NCBI GenBank assembly: GCA_030141605.1
Contig: JAQGDQ010000018.1
Span: 124,001-188,000, forward strand
Source of the DNA: Tubiluchus corallicola
Lineage: Eukaryota; Animalia; Priapulida
DNA: 64,000 nt
Direction of reading: 5' to 3'
This document shows positions 23,848 to 38,800 of this stretch, one piece after another. Below the pieces are notes generated by a model. That model saw only the letters and a list, made by a program, of their open reading frames with translations, was not told the DNA's origin and ran no database searches. The translations under genes were made by a program, and so were the position numbers. How positions within the stretch are numbered: the first letter of the stretch is position 1; each line of letters begins with the position of its first letter.

Positions 23848-26800
23848 GCAGTTCATTTTGTGGAGATTTTCTTGTTATGTTGCTGTTTAATGTATCAATG
23901 TATCCTCATTACTGTTATGGTTATACTATGGGTCTAATAGTCTGCTTATTAGTGGAAAGCTTATCTTACAGAGCCCGATCCATCTTTCACAACACCACTT
24001 GAAGATCAACATGTAACCAAGGGACAACAGGCTAAGTTTACTGTGCAGATAGATAAACCCGGAGCAAAAGTTAGTAGAACGCTATTCATTAATTGTTAGT
24101 CTTTTATTAGAAACAAATCATTTTATTTAGGTTTTCAATCTAGCTCTATTGCAATAGTAAAAATGTGTAGTAACTATTTGTAATTTTGTTTTAATGAAAT
24201 ATTTACTCTGATTCACCAAATTCATGTCTTCATGTCACTTTTTCGGAGCCAGTATTTTCTGGGGATGTTATTTATATGCATTTTAAATAAACCAGCTTTA
24301 TTTAAGACAATTTAAAAATTGAATTAATAATTATATTATTTGAAACGTGACATGTAAGTGGACATCTGTAAGAAATGGAAGGCCGATTGAACTGAAGTAT
24401 TAATATGTTTTGTCTTTTCTTATCATTAATAATTATCTTTGTGTTATTTATATTCTTTGTGCAAACAAGACTAGGAATCACATACTGTCTTTAACCAATA
24501 GTATTTTTGAATTAAAAGTACAACAAATTGACATTTTGCTTCAGGTGAAGTGGCTGAAAGATGGAGACGTAATAAAGTCTAGCAACAAATATGAAATCAT
24601 TGATGACGAAGAAGAGAACAGACACACATTACTTGTGAACAATGTCGACTATGATGACGAGGCTGTATATACGTGTATGTGCGGTCGCAGACAATCCGTT
24701 GCTGATCTTATTATTGTTGGTAAGCAATCGTGAACGCATGTATTTTGATGCCAGTTTTGAATGCTATAGCTTATGTACATTGTAAAGTTATGCCTCTCTG
24801 AAATTGTCTGAGTGATTTCTGCTTTTTTTATGATACATTCCAGCTGTATACCATATTTATTGTCGACAATTTGTTTATTTTCAGAACCCCCGGCTTCATT
24901 TACAAAGGAGTTGGAAGACAAAGAAGTCATGGAAAATAACTCTGTTATATTTGACTGTGTTACTGACCAAACCAGTGTCAAGGTAAGAAGAATTGCTTTA
25001 GCTTTATAAATGTATCTGAAAAACCATCTAAGTTTATGGTTTTTTTAAAGCAAAGTAATTCTTTTTCCGTTTTCTTACTTTTTACGTATTTTAATACCAA
25101 GCACTAATAACACTTATTTACAGATTTTCGTTTAGTTTGTATGCTTTCTTTCGTCATCACTTAGGCACACTGTTCTTTGCTTACTCTAGAATGTAAAATG
25201 GTTAAAAGATGGTCGGCGTGTCCAAGGTGACCGCTTTCGCACTAAAGTGGATAAGAACCGACTTTCTCTCACCATTAAAGATGCTACAATGGATGACATG
25301 GGTGTATACACATGTAAAATTGAAGGCACCAAGTCTGCTGCCAAGCTTACTGTTAAACGTACGTATTTAGTTTAGCCACAGGCAACTCATTACTCTGTAC
25401 TTACTATTGTAGTTCAATAATTATGTATTATTTCACATTTCTTAAATTAAAATGATATCAGTTTTATCATTTTGCTAATGATATTTCATAGTTAAAATAT
25501 TTTTTTAATTTTTATTGTTTGTAATACTTGTAGCTGAACCAGGCTTCAAGACTCATTTGAAAGATGTCGAAGCTGTTGAAAAGGAAACAATTGAAATGAT
25601 GTGTGAAGTTGCGTCAGAAGACATGCAGGTACTCATCTATCTGTTCTTACATGAGCATACAAAGACATGTATATTAAACGTTTTGGAAGTGATTTTAAAA
25701 AATACGATTAATCCTCGTTTGTAGGTTAAATGGATAAAAAATAATCGGCCCTTGCGACATAGTGGTCGATACGAGATCTTTGAAGACGGATGCCGTCGTT
25801 TTTTACGAATTCACGATGTTTCCTTGGATGATAATGGCACTTATTTCTGCCAAACTGGTAACAAACAAACCTCTTGTGTTGCCAATATTGAAGGTACTAC
25901 ATTTAATTTTGTTTATCATTTCACTTTTTCTATTATTTATCCATATCTAGCACTTAACAACCGTAATGGTAAAGTCAGGATTGCAAAGTTGGTGACTGAC
26001 TTATCTTTTATGTTTTTTTAAGTCTGTCACGAACAAGAATGTTTTATTGAAGCTTTTAATTCACATTGTTGCTCTTTTTATGGCACTGCTATTCCTATTT
26101 TGTGTGATAAAAGTACAGCTCTGTATTGTGTATTAGGTATTCCTTGTAATTTGCACAACAACCTGACACATTGTATTTCTGGCATTGACCCATATGTAAA
26201 ATTAGTAGCAAGACGAGCATCAAAGTTGTATGAATACATGAACTGAGCGATCAAAATATTTTAACTGGATTAGCTTTGCTGAACAAATTCACTAGTATTA
26301 CAACTTTGGTTGAGACCAGGTTATTTATTTGCAGTCAGCAAAAAATGTGATTAGTCCGAACAGGATTATATACTTGGGAAGTATTTTGAGCAAGTCAGGG
26401 TGAATATGTAAAATCAGGTTTTTCAAACATTGACATCGTGTGTATATTCAACACACTTTTAATTAACTAACTGACTAGCTTAACTTCTATAGCAGCTATA
26501 AAATCAATTTTATTTTTATTCTTATTAACTGTGTAAATAGCCATTAAATATCATACGTTTATTTGTTATTATTGCAATTTTTAATTATGAAGATGCGAAT
26601 AAATGATATATATATATTATTTGGTGTTTACTTAGATGGACTATTACGTAAACTGCGGGATTCTAAAATTGGGTGTATGGTGGGTAATGGGTACTGTGGC
26701 AGTGTCGCACATGCAGATGATTTAAGTCTGTTGGCTTCGAATATACAGGCTCTCCAGGCCATAATAAAAATTTATGATGAGTATGCTAGAAATTATGATT

Positions 26801-29800
26801 TGTCGGATAATGCTGAAATTCTATCTAAACGTGGAGATTTCATTTGTCATGCAAACAGTGTTATGTGTGACTTCTCGTTTCTTAATAGTTGTACTAAGAC
26901 TAAAATATTTCAATTGTACTGTCATAGCTGTTATGGCTCGCAAATATAGAAGCTTGATAACACTTTTATTAATAACCTTGATACCTACTGGAACTTAGGC
27001 GTACATGAATTTTGGCATACCAAACTCATAGGTTTTTGTTATCTCATTTATCAGGTGTGTTTCTTCCAAGTACCCAGTTTGAAATCAGATTTGTAAAATT
27101 ATAATTATTTATGCGATGTATTAATAGCAGTAATACGCTTGCGAACTTTTTTTGTGAGCAATGCAGAATACCCTGTGGAGTCAACATTAGGTTGCAATCT
27201 GCCATTTATTAGATGTATTATACTATGGTAACTGCAACAAATGTGGTTATTTAAAAATTAAAAGATTCATTTATAAGAAAGCCCCAGAGTTTACATAGGC
27301 TCAAAGCCGCACTCTCATTTGTTCAAGATGTTTTAAATGACTTAATCGATTTTTCCTTTTTAGACAATCAGCAGTTAAATTGAATTTCTACAATATTGAT
27401 ATTGCGAGTAATTTGTGATTTTAATTATGATTATGACTGTGATATCTAAAGATATGAGTTTTTTAATTACTAACCGGTGTTGTTTTTTTATTTATTTATT
27501 TACTTAACTATTCCAATGAATATATTTTATTTAGAATAATTCGAAATAATATATATATATTGTATAACTATGTATATAAAACTTGAGATGCGCAAACAAA
27601 GAGGCATAAGGTGATAATTTATTTGTATTTTAAGTCAGCAACTTGATAAATTGTTCAGTCTTTGTTTTTTTTCTATTTTCATTAAATGAGGCAGACCACT
27701 TTGGTACCAGTTTTTTTAAAGAATGAATTCACGTCCAACTGTTGCTCCCATAAATGCAGAACAACGTTCTTCTACACTATTAGAGGATTTTTTCTAAATA
27801 ATTGTGATGATGTAAACCATTTATAATGATATGTCATTTTTGTCGATGTGTTGTATGAACATGCTGACTTTTGCTATATGATTTGCAGAAGCTCCAGTGG
27901 CTGAATTTTTGAAGAAACTGGAAAATGTAACTTGCAGTGTTGGTGATGTCGTTATTCTTTCCTGTGAAGTGTCAATTGAAGACGCTGACGTGACTTGGCT
28001 GAAGGATGGAAAGCAGCTGAAGGTAGTGAATATTTGTAATGCGTTTATTATTTTATTTTAACATAAATCCATTTATACAAGAAGTTCATTATCTTTCGCA
28101 ACAGATGAGAACTTAATAGAAAATACAGAAATGCAGCAATATTTTTCTTTTAATAGGAATCTGAAAAGTATGAGTTCCTAAAGAAAGGAACAATGCGGCA
28201 GCTAAAAATCAATGATATTGTTGCTCAGGATAGAGGCCGGTATGTGTGCCAAGCTGGAGACAACAGGACTAGGGCAGATGTCAATGTCGAAGGTAAAGCA
28301 CGGTTTCATCCTGAAATGTGTGAGCAACATTTGATATTTTTCTTTATGCACTTTGCTGATTTATAGGTGAATGTGTGAATTTTTTTATATGTTATCTGCA
28401 GCACCACCTAGAGTCTATGTGCACAATAAATACCAAGAGGAGGTCATTGTGAATGCAGAGGAGCCATTACAATTAGAAGTTGATTATGAAGGTTATCCTC
28501 CATGTCATGTAAGCTGGATAATTGAAGAGGAAGAGATAATACAGGTTTGTCTTACTACTTTATTTTTAATTCCCTTTATTCTCATTACTAGAATATTTTA
28601 CTGATTGCAAAATCCGACTTGCACACACTTCTGTGAGTCAGTACTTTACATTTTGATGTACCAAGAAAAAAAGCAAGTTTTATATGCTTTGTAACTAAAC
28701 GTGTGTTTTGAGAAGTAATGTGATAATCTTTGCTTTTACCAGACTCGAAGAATACGGATAATCACAACTGAACGTAAGTCCCAGCTTGCAGTGAAACCAG
28801 CACAGAGAAAGGACAGTGGTAACTACAAATGTGTAGTAGAAAATGAGCATGGAAAGGAAGTTGTGCCTATCAAAGTCAGTGTCATAGGTAAGATAATATC
28901 AAACTGTGAATTTTGTGCAAAAATTTAAAGTAAAGGAAGATATACAAAGTAATTAGTCATAGGTAATACAATATCAAACTGTGAATTTTGTGCAAAAATT
29001 CAAAGTAAAGGAAGATATACAAAGTAATTAGCACTAATATTAAAAAAATAGTATTAATTAAAAATGGTTGTTAAAGGTTATTCTCTTTTTCTTTATTGTG
29101 AATAAACATAGGTTTCTGGCTGACTAAAACTTGACTTGTACATTTTTTGTGTTCGATGTGTTTATAGCCTTGATAATTTTAGGTATCATTTTGATGTGCG
29201 AAGAAGAATAATTTCAGGCATTATTTGGTACATGATAAAAGAACAAAATACATGAACACAAATGGAAAGAACGAAATTTTAAGCTTTGCAATAATACAGG
29301 AACAAAACGAACTACAATTTCAAAAATGATTTCAATGCATGAAAAACGACGACAAACCAACAACGACGAAAACTTAACATAGTGTGCTAAATAGTCAATA
29401 ATAACAAAATTGGAATATTTTTTACATTATCACCTACCGTAAGATACAATTATCAGACGGTAAAATCTGACAGCGCTATATGGCAGCCAAACAGATCACA
29501 AGGTGGTTGCACACGTGATATAATATTTAAAACATGGCGCTTTAGGGAAACAGCTAACTCTAATAAACGTTGATGCATTATTTACTCGCATGCATGTTTT
29601 ATATCTGCTTATTAGACATTTGTCAGGCCAGTTACACAGTCACTTAAAGACTATTAGATCTAAATAGCCACTAATCTCACTATTAGTAGGGTAAATGACA
29701 CTAATTTTTTTCCAGGAAGGTATATAATAAAGTTGACTTTGCTAACTGTGTAATACATACAGTAGTAAATTAATGATTGCCTAGTATTTTTTTACCGAAA

Positions 29801-32800
29801 TTTTCCAAAAATAAAAGTATTGTAAATATTAGCAATATGGGTTGTTATTGCTCATGGAAAAGAAGCGGCTAATTTACTGTTAAGCTGTTATACTCAGAGG
29901 TCTGCTTTTGCTGATATGATTAACGCAGCATAAATCTTGGTACTCATAAATTGCGAGAACAATTTTAATTTTGTTTACCGAGGTAGGTAAAGTAGATATT
30001 ATGCAAAGTAGATTTAACTATTTGTAGATGATGAATAAAGTAGATGATAGCACTTTTATGTGCTGCATAGTACTGCAAGGTGCTACTGCAAAATGTAAAT
30101 TAAAGGTAGACATGAAAAGGTGTTCAGGTGTAATCAAGTAGCAAAATTTAAATAAGGATATACATGTATTTTAAATGTATAGAAATGTATATAAAACATT
30201 TATTTTAGTAATTGCAAATCTTTTTATAGATAAACCCAGCAAACCTAATAATCTAAAGGTTAAAGAAACTACACGTGATTCTGTAACGCTTACCTGGGAT
30301 GAACCTGAAGATAATGGTGGAAGTGAAATTAATGGTAAATATGATCGCACATGCTGTTAAAAATAGATTTATTATTATTGCTTTTTTCTTTCAACAGATA
30401 TAGCAAGATTTAACAAGCTATTGAAATTTTCTAACTTTATCAACTGCTTTTAGCAAAGTTTCGGCTTCATTTTTCTTTTTTATATAATTACTTTAAGTGA
30501 CATTATACTATATCAGGAATGTGTAGCTTTCATTATAACTTCTGAAACAGCATAGAAAGTATGTACATCTATGGTTATAAAAATTTAGCCGTTACGATTG
30601 TAATATTTAGTATGTTTCCTTTCTTTTATTCGTCAACTGTTGCTGTGCAAAGTGCAATAGCAAATTTTCTAGCTTTAATGTAGAAACTGGTGCAAGATGG
30701 ACATATTGTTGGTGTCACCACATGTGATTATTTAACATTGACGTTTGATCAATTCACACTTTTTGTTTCACCACTTTCAGAATATATAATAGAAAAGAGA
30801 GATTTGAAGCGTCAGTCCTTTCAAAATGCTGGCCGCACCAATGATACGGAATTCACTGTTTCTGATTTAATTGAGGGTAATAAGTACAAGTTTAAAGTTA
30901 TGGCTGAGAACAGGAAGGGACTAGGAGAGCCAGCAGAAACTGTCCATGCAGTTGAAGCTAAAGACATGTTCAGTAAGTGTATCATTGCTGTACAAATTGT
31001 GTTCAAGTGATGTGAAACATGTTTAGTAATAGCAAATAAGATACAGTAGTTGTAATTAATAGCATAACTAGTTACTGCATGAGCTTAAATTGTTGTAATT
31101 CATGCGTAAATTCACTGTATAAAAATCTGTACAAAAATTATTACACATGGTTTACTAGTGTTTTTAAATAAAGTTTTTTTATTGTGTTCTCTTGCAATGT
31201 AATATGAAAGGTGGAAAAAATAGTATTTTTAAGAAATTTGAACTACTTTGGTATTAAAATCTTGCATAGTAATTTTTTTCAGAATTAAGTGTGCCAAGTA
31301 AAATTTTATATAAAGTGTTATCTTATCTTCACAGTATTTCCTATCATATATAATGAAAATGTTTGCATTTGTTTATAAGGCAATATGCATTACGCACATT
31401 GCTATCCATTCACACTTCATGTTATCATCAAAGTATATATTCCATATATTTTCAAGCTCTTTATTTTCCAGCTGAGCCTGATATTCCTCCTGGAAAACCA
31501 CGGGTAGGAAATATTACTCCAGACTCTTGCAGTGTTTCATGGCAACCTCCAGAAAATGATGGTGGTTCTCCCATTCTTGGCTACATTGTTGAGAAACGTG
31601 CAAGCTATAGTCCACGTTGGACTAAAGTCAACAAGCAACCAGTGGATGACACACACTTGAAAATTCTGGGTAAATTTTATTTTTTTGCTAAGTTATGTGT
31701 CAGACGTTGAAATAGTTCCCTGGTGTAATCAAAGAGACTATGTTGTTGTTAAGATAAACTATCCCTGTGAATGTTTTTGTATTGCTGTTATCATTACGAA
31801 TATGAAAGAATGTTTTAGTAATAAAACTGTGCAAAGCAGCAGCATTGTATGGCATATATTGACAGACATTGTTGTACATTTATTTATTCCTGTGACACTT
31901 TTTTATTAGTAGGTTTTATAAACAAATTTGTAACATATAGTTTGGCTGTACTGAAAAAAAGTTAAATTTTCTCTAAGAAACTTGCTATGAGTTACTATTT
32001 TAAGTAATTTATTGCATTACAGATCTGATTGAGGGTGAGGAATATGAGTTTCGAGTATCGGCAGTCAACAAGGTTGGAACAGGAGGGCCAGGACTTTCTT
32101 CTGATATTATTGTAGCTCAGACATGCGAAAGTGAGCTTGCTATTTATAACATTTTAAATATTCTATTAACAAGATCTATTGCTTTAAATGTATACATGCT
32201 TATACATCGCCAAAGTTACGAAAAATATTTTCATCATGCCATTGCACGACTGTGTTTGGGTGATATAATTATTATAGGCCTATAATGTAATGTTATCAAT
32301 TTTAATCAAATTGTATCAATTTTAGTGGTTTTTATAGCCTTGTCTTACAGTTATCACTTACAGATGAGTGGCTATAGGAGTTATCAAAAAGTGTCTATTA
32401 AATGAGTTTCTGTATAAAGATGAATAACATCAAAATTTGTAAAAACTAAGACTTTGCACTGGTGCTACTTAGAAAACATACGTAGATAGCGAACACTAAC
32501 TAGTCTGGAATGCGAATTCTCTGGTTTCGTGTGATATACAGAGCTGGAGTTGTCAAGTTTATAGTTTCTGATTATGTTTTTGGCCACAGCATAATAATGC
32601 AGACCCTTTTATACTGAGTTATTTGCAAGCAGGCAGCATTACGCTTGTTACACACACACAGCTGTGCAACCAAGAATAACCAGTTAACTGCATATAACAC
32701 AGGTGCAAAAACATATGACATGAATGGGAACAGCAACAACATCAAGGCAAAGAGGCTTATTTATAGGCGACGTCACAAGCAAGTAGCCAAAACAGTCTTT

Positions 32801-35800
32801 TTTTGCTAAAAATTTGTCCTGATTATTTATGTCACCCTTGCAGAAGTCTAGTTATACTGTAGTTTTCCATCCTGTGTGTATTGTGATGCCGCTATATACG
32901 GAATGTGAAGTGTTATTTTGATGTATTACAACATCAAGTATAAAAACCATAATGATTGAAATAATTAATATTACATTTTGTGCCAGTTTTTTTATACTAG
33001 ATAACATTCATCTAAACGAAAATACTTCAGCATAGTAATTTTGAATTCTCTTTGTAGTGCCTCCTCATGCGCAAGTAGATGATAAATTTTTGGAAGATGG
33101 AGTTCAGGTGAAAAAAGGAGATACATTGATTTTGGAGATACCTTATCATTCCATGCCACCACCGGAAGTGTCTTGGACTGTTCCAGTTCTTGATGAAGAG
33201 CGTGTCAAGGTATTATGAAATCTCAAATTTCTTAAATATTTTGTACTTGTGCATGTACAGAGTTAAGTCTTAGCAAGTCTATGGCTATTGGCAAACTCCT
33301 ATGTGTTACAGTTAGATATTTAAATTTTTCCTCCAAAGATAAGAAATTTGATTAGTCAGTTTAAGCAAATTTTGTTTGTGACTTATTACAGATAGAAGCA
33401 GATGAAGACAAAACAGTGATTACAATAGAAGATGTTCTTCCGGAAGATGCAGGACCATATAAACTCAAAATGAAGAACCCATTTGGTGCAGAAGAATTAT
33501 GCATACCCGTTACTGTGATAGGTGAGTTAAGCAACAAATATAACATATGTGACTGACTGACATTTCAAATTAACTGTGCATAGCAAAGGTGTATGAAGTG
33601 AAATTGCTGAATTTTGTTATATATATATATATTGTAGATACACCAGAACCTCCTGTAGATGTTAGAATTATCGATATCAATGAAAACAAAGCTGTAATAG
33701 AGTGGGATGAACCTGAGGACAAAGGTGGTGCTGACATAATAGACTATGTTGTTGAAGTGTAAGTAGATAAACATAATTATCTAAATCAGCAGAACCATCC
33801 ATTTGAAATAATGACCTGCTTTTCTTTAGTGATACAAGAAATAAGTATCTCGTTACTAAACATTAAAAATTAAAGACGCTGCAATAGTGTCAAAATCAAT
33901 TTTTGTCAAATGTAATATTAACAAAGTGTCGGTTTTGATTTTATAAAGAAATATATTTGTAATTTGAGTTATATAACTTATATATTATGAAATGCTATTT
34001 AACTGGTATACTAAGATCTAAAACACAATGAACTAAATAAATGGTTACAAGAGAGGATTACCCATTTACCTGTTAATAACTCTTGTACCCGTTATAAAAT
34101 ACTGGCTATTAACTTGCAGATTTTTAAGACAAGTTTGTATGCTTTCCTGAATTTCTGCCTGAGAGCCACACAAAAATACCTGTTCTTTCCTTTTCCTTAT
34201 TGTGCCCTTCTGCTAGTTCTATAGTTTCGGCAATCATGATTACAACATATTTTTATTATGATGAACGTAATAAACTTATTTGAAGGATAAAACACACAAA
34301 AGACTTTCTAATAATTTTTCTACATCGAGTCTTCATTTCAATTCTAGTTTTTAATGCAGTATTCTGTACAAAAATTTGAAAAACCTTGAAATAGAAAATT
34401 GCTATAAAACATTGCATTGTGTATTCTAGAATGGATGAGGATGTTCAAAAGTGGAAAAAAGTAACAAAAACCAAGCAGATGCGTACTGTAGTCGAACCGC
34501 TAGAAGAAGGACATGAATATGTATTCCGTGTTTATGCAGAAAATATTGCAGGACCAAGCAGTGAAGCAACCGAGAGTGAGATGGTTCAAGCTAAAGCTGT
34601 ACCTGGTAAACATTAGTTTTGGAATTTTTAATCTAATGTACTTGTTGGTAAACAACTGGTCACTTGCTGACTGCGAAAATTAGAAATTTTCTGTTTTGTG
34701 TGTCAGTTGTTGATATTGCGTAGAAATATGACCCATTTCTCTATGTTTTTCTTGGTTTTTCACACAATAAAGCAAGTATTTTAATTTGTAGATGTCCTTT
34801 ACAAGATTAATCTACAGGTATAAAGCTCTTTAAATTTTAGTTGGCAAAATTTTGTTGGATGGGATTCTGCGTTATAAACTTAACTAAAGAAGATTGAAAT
34901 TAAGCTATATTGGGTGGTGCAGAAAAAAATGTGCCAAAGTTCTTCACAGCATAATATTACAGTACATTAACTTTTAGCTGCGAAAGTTTTATAGTTCCAG
35001 TAGTTTTCAAATTATGGCCAAAAAACTTTTGCATGTTCAAAATTTAAATGAACGAACAATGTCAACTAATCGTCAATTGAAAAACAGCCATGTTGACATG
35101 TAAAGCACTCAATATGTAACAGCAAAGCAACAAAGAAATCAACCAATTACATCATAGTTTGCACTATAGAAGATGAAGCACTGATTAAGATGTTTGGATG
35201 TCTCTCAAAGAGACAGTGTATAATAGTTGCATAGAGAGTTGCATTCAGAGGAACTAAAGGCAAAAATTGTTGAGTATTGAGATCAAAAACCACTTAAAGA
35301 AGTGAGAAGCTATATCAGCTATTTGGAAGCAACACTTTCATTTAGGTGCATTGAAAATTGTGGACACCTAAAGCACTTGCTATTCGTTTTAACAATGATG
35401 ACTTGTAAGATTGTTTCTGGCATTTATTTTTTAAAATCTGTGTATGTTTGGAAAAATCTAAGGCAATGACCTAAAATTTTTGGTGCTTCTATATAGGCAT
35501 CTGTAAGCTCAACTTGGTAATTTTTCAGCTGTTTTGTTATTTTTTGTCTTGCAATATCGTGATCAAAACTTGGGCACATTTTCTTTGCGCCACCTGATAT
35601 ATAATGGATAGTTATATGAATAACTGGCTTTCACTGTAGTACAAACTTTGATTTAAAAACCAACTGGTGTAACAAATATTTTGAAATTCTTACAGACTTC
35701 TTTGCTATAATGGAAATGGTTGTGTGCAATTTTTTTAAAAAGAAAAGTTTGAAGTACAGACAAGATCAGACCCAGACAAGTCCTGAATGACTGATTCATG

Positions 35801-38800
35801 AAGTCCTCAGCAGCTTTAATTAACTAATACCTGCCACTATTTGTCAGGATCTTTTTCAGGTAGCACTCTTATGACTTCAACATGTCAATCTCTCACCTAA
35901 TTTCTGCAATTCTATCTTTTGACAGCTGCACCACATGCACTGCTTGATGATAAAATGAAAGAAGAAATAAAAATCAAAGCTGGAGAAACTTTGAGGCTGG
36001 AAGTTCCATTCGTTGGTCATCCGCCTCCCGAAGTGGAGTGGCTGATACGTGACCATCTACCAGAAGATAAACGAAAATGCACGGCAAGTTTCGTCTTTTT
36101 GAGTTACCCTTGCTTTTTAATTGTTTGTTTATACCCATTAGTGTCGTCTTACTATTTTTCTTCTTTTTATATCACTAGTATTTGTGCACTTTAGGTGGAC
36201 ACAACTAAAGGCAGTACTGTCCTCACTGTACCTTACGTAAAGAAAGCCGATGAAGGTGATTATACTGTACGATTATCAAATGAAATGGGAGAAGAGGTCG
36301 TACCACTGCGTGTATTTGTGCTAGGTAATAAAATCTTTATTTCATCTGCACGTGTTGTGTCTCGATTGGTGCAGGTTAGTTTTGAAGCTTTTCGCAAGTA
36401 TAATTTTATATGATCATCATGTTTCATGGAAGCAATGTACTTTTTCAAATAAACTAAAAATAATGAACTTTAGGAACTTCACACTCAATTTACATACAGC
36501 ATTTTTTCTCATACTATATTTTACTTTAAAAATAGTTCACTTATACTATAATTTTGTTTAATTTAGTTGTACATTTGTGAAGTTATTAAAGAATTTTATT
36601 TTTTAGTTTATTTAAAAAGTTGATTGCTTCTACGAAACATTGTGATCAAATAAACTATTGAATCAATATACTGTTTAGTTATGCTTGATTGTAGACTGAA
36701 TGCTGCTTTAGATTCTGCATTACAACATGAATATCACTGGAAAGGGAGAGTATCATCTGCAAAAAAGCTATACCAGAAAGTAAAAAACACTTGATACAAA
36801 CAGGGCAAATCATAACATTGTCTAAACTGAAGAAATAAAAAGGTAAAAGTAACTATAAAAAGTAACCATAACAAAATTAGGAATGAATGGATGGAGCATA
36901 TCAGAACACTTGTTCAACAAGGCATCCTGATGAATCTGATCAAATTTGAAGAAAATGATGCTCTCTGAAAATCATTTTTAGTCTGCCAAGAAATCTCAGG
37001 AAATTTCTAGAACGGAGAAAATGATCAAACTCTAAATGCCTTTCATGCCTGCAATGAAAGCCTTTTTTCAGGTTTTAAACAACTGTAAAACAATGCCAAA
37101 AGGGGGTTTATACACCTGGAGGCATAACACTCTGCTGAACCATGTATATAAATTCGTTAAACCATGTTGTTCCTTCGATTCCATACCAGCAGGGATTTTC
37201 TGTGATATGGAAAACCGCAAAGCAGGGCATTCAGCCATTTAAAAAACTAAAGCATTTTTAATGATAATCAGAATAAAGCATTCATTTATTAAATCTTTAC
37301 GTAATGACCAAAGTAAGTTGACCATTGTCTCATCAGGGCCAATATTTTATTCAAAATCTGAGAAAGCCTTGGAACAAGATCAGACTGCTAGAATTTAACA
37401 ACTAGAGTTCTTAGAATCAATCATTGCTAGTAGATTAAACATCTAGTTTTTTATCATTCAAAATTGCTTTTCTCAATACTTTAGTTATTATACATTTTAG
37501 CTCATCTTATTTACTATCTTAACTTAGTATTGACATTGCTCACAAATCACTGTTTTTTATTACCTGTGTCTATAATCTGCGTCTTTTATGTTTTGTGCTT
37601 GTATGTCTTTTATGCTGTCGTTATCAACTGATTACAATTGTATTGTGTATAGTACAGGTATATCTTAAAGTTGCATATAACTTGTTATTAAATTTTAAAT
37701 ATATAACATGAATAAATAAATTATTATCTGTTTTCTAAGCTAAACAAAGTGTTAGTACAAGATGTGAATTTGTGATTGAATGCACCCATACATACATTTG
37801 TTTTGAATATTTTGCATTATAATAACTACCAATAACATCCTACCAACTTAGAAGTAAAATTCAAAGTCGGGTATACAATGGTGACCCTCAGAAGTACAGA
37901 ATTGTCAAGCCAATCAACAAGACTTTTAGTGCTAGTGGGGGAAGTGTCCTAACAAGATAAAAATAACATCACATAATAAACAATGTACAAAAGCTGATAA
38001 ATTGCTAGCGGTGTTCTCGTGATGATTAATGCACATTTAAAGCAAACAAATGTGTGTTTGCACTTGGCTTCATTGCAAAAAAGTACTTTTTTACTATATG
38101 TGCTTTGTGTATTATATAGATAAGCCATCAGCTCCAAATAGTGTGCAAGTGACCGATGTTAAAAAAGACAACATTACAATAGCTTGGGATGAGCCAGAAT
38201 CTGACGGAGGCTGTCCCATTAAAGGTAACAAGAACGTCCTGTTAGCTATTTTAGTTTTTCATTGTTTTTTTATTTATTTCAACATACTAGATGCTATATG
38301 AAATATGGAAACATGTAATTAACATATAGATATATCAGCAACATGAGGCTGGAAAAATTAAAACTAATGCTTTGTAGAACTGCTTGTAGCAATTGAAGTT
38401 GTACACTATTTACAACTGTGAATTATCTAGCACTCGTAAAAATTGTATAATGTAAAGCAATCAAGATGCTCACAATGTAACTTTTTGTTTGAATATTTAA
38501 ATAAATAGTAATTACATTGTAAAAATGGATGGATTTAATCGTACATCTGTATAAATATACATTTGCATGTAAATCTTTTCCTAAGGCAGCATGTACACGC
38601 TTTTCTTGTATAACTTTAAAATGAGATATATTGTGTTTTACAAAAATAAGTGAAGTACATCGTATTATAACTATAACATACTGACAGTACACGTAGTTAT
38701 TTTTTTATCAGATTTATTTAGGGAAGATTCGGTTGAAAACTTTTTTATTCTGATTCGCTTTTAGGGCTACAAAGTGCTGGCTGGTTTTGTAGTGTGTTAT

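Noticed and set aside
23259-24002. 247-aa and 82-aa ORFs with SLSL/poly-F/LCVS runs
   Set aside because: Translation of a stop-free microsatellite; only 23378-23520 is coding in that frame.
36192-36194. Single in-frame TAG between two Ig-coding ORFs, suggesting stop readthrough
   Set aside because: The TAG is the 3' splice acceptor of a GC-AG intron; exon lengths match paralogues.
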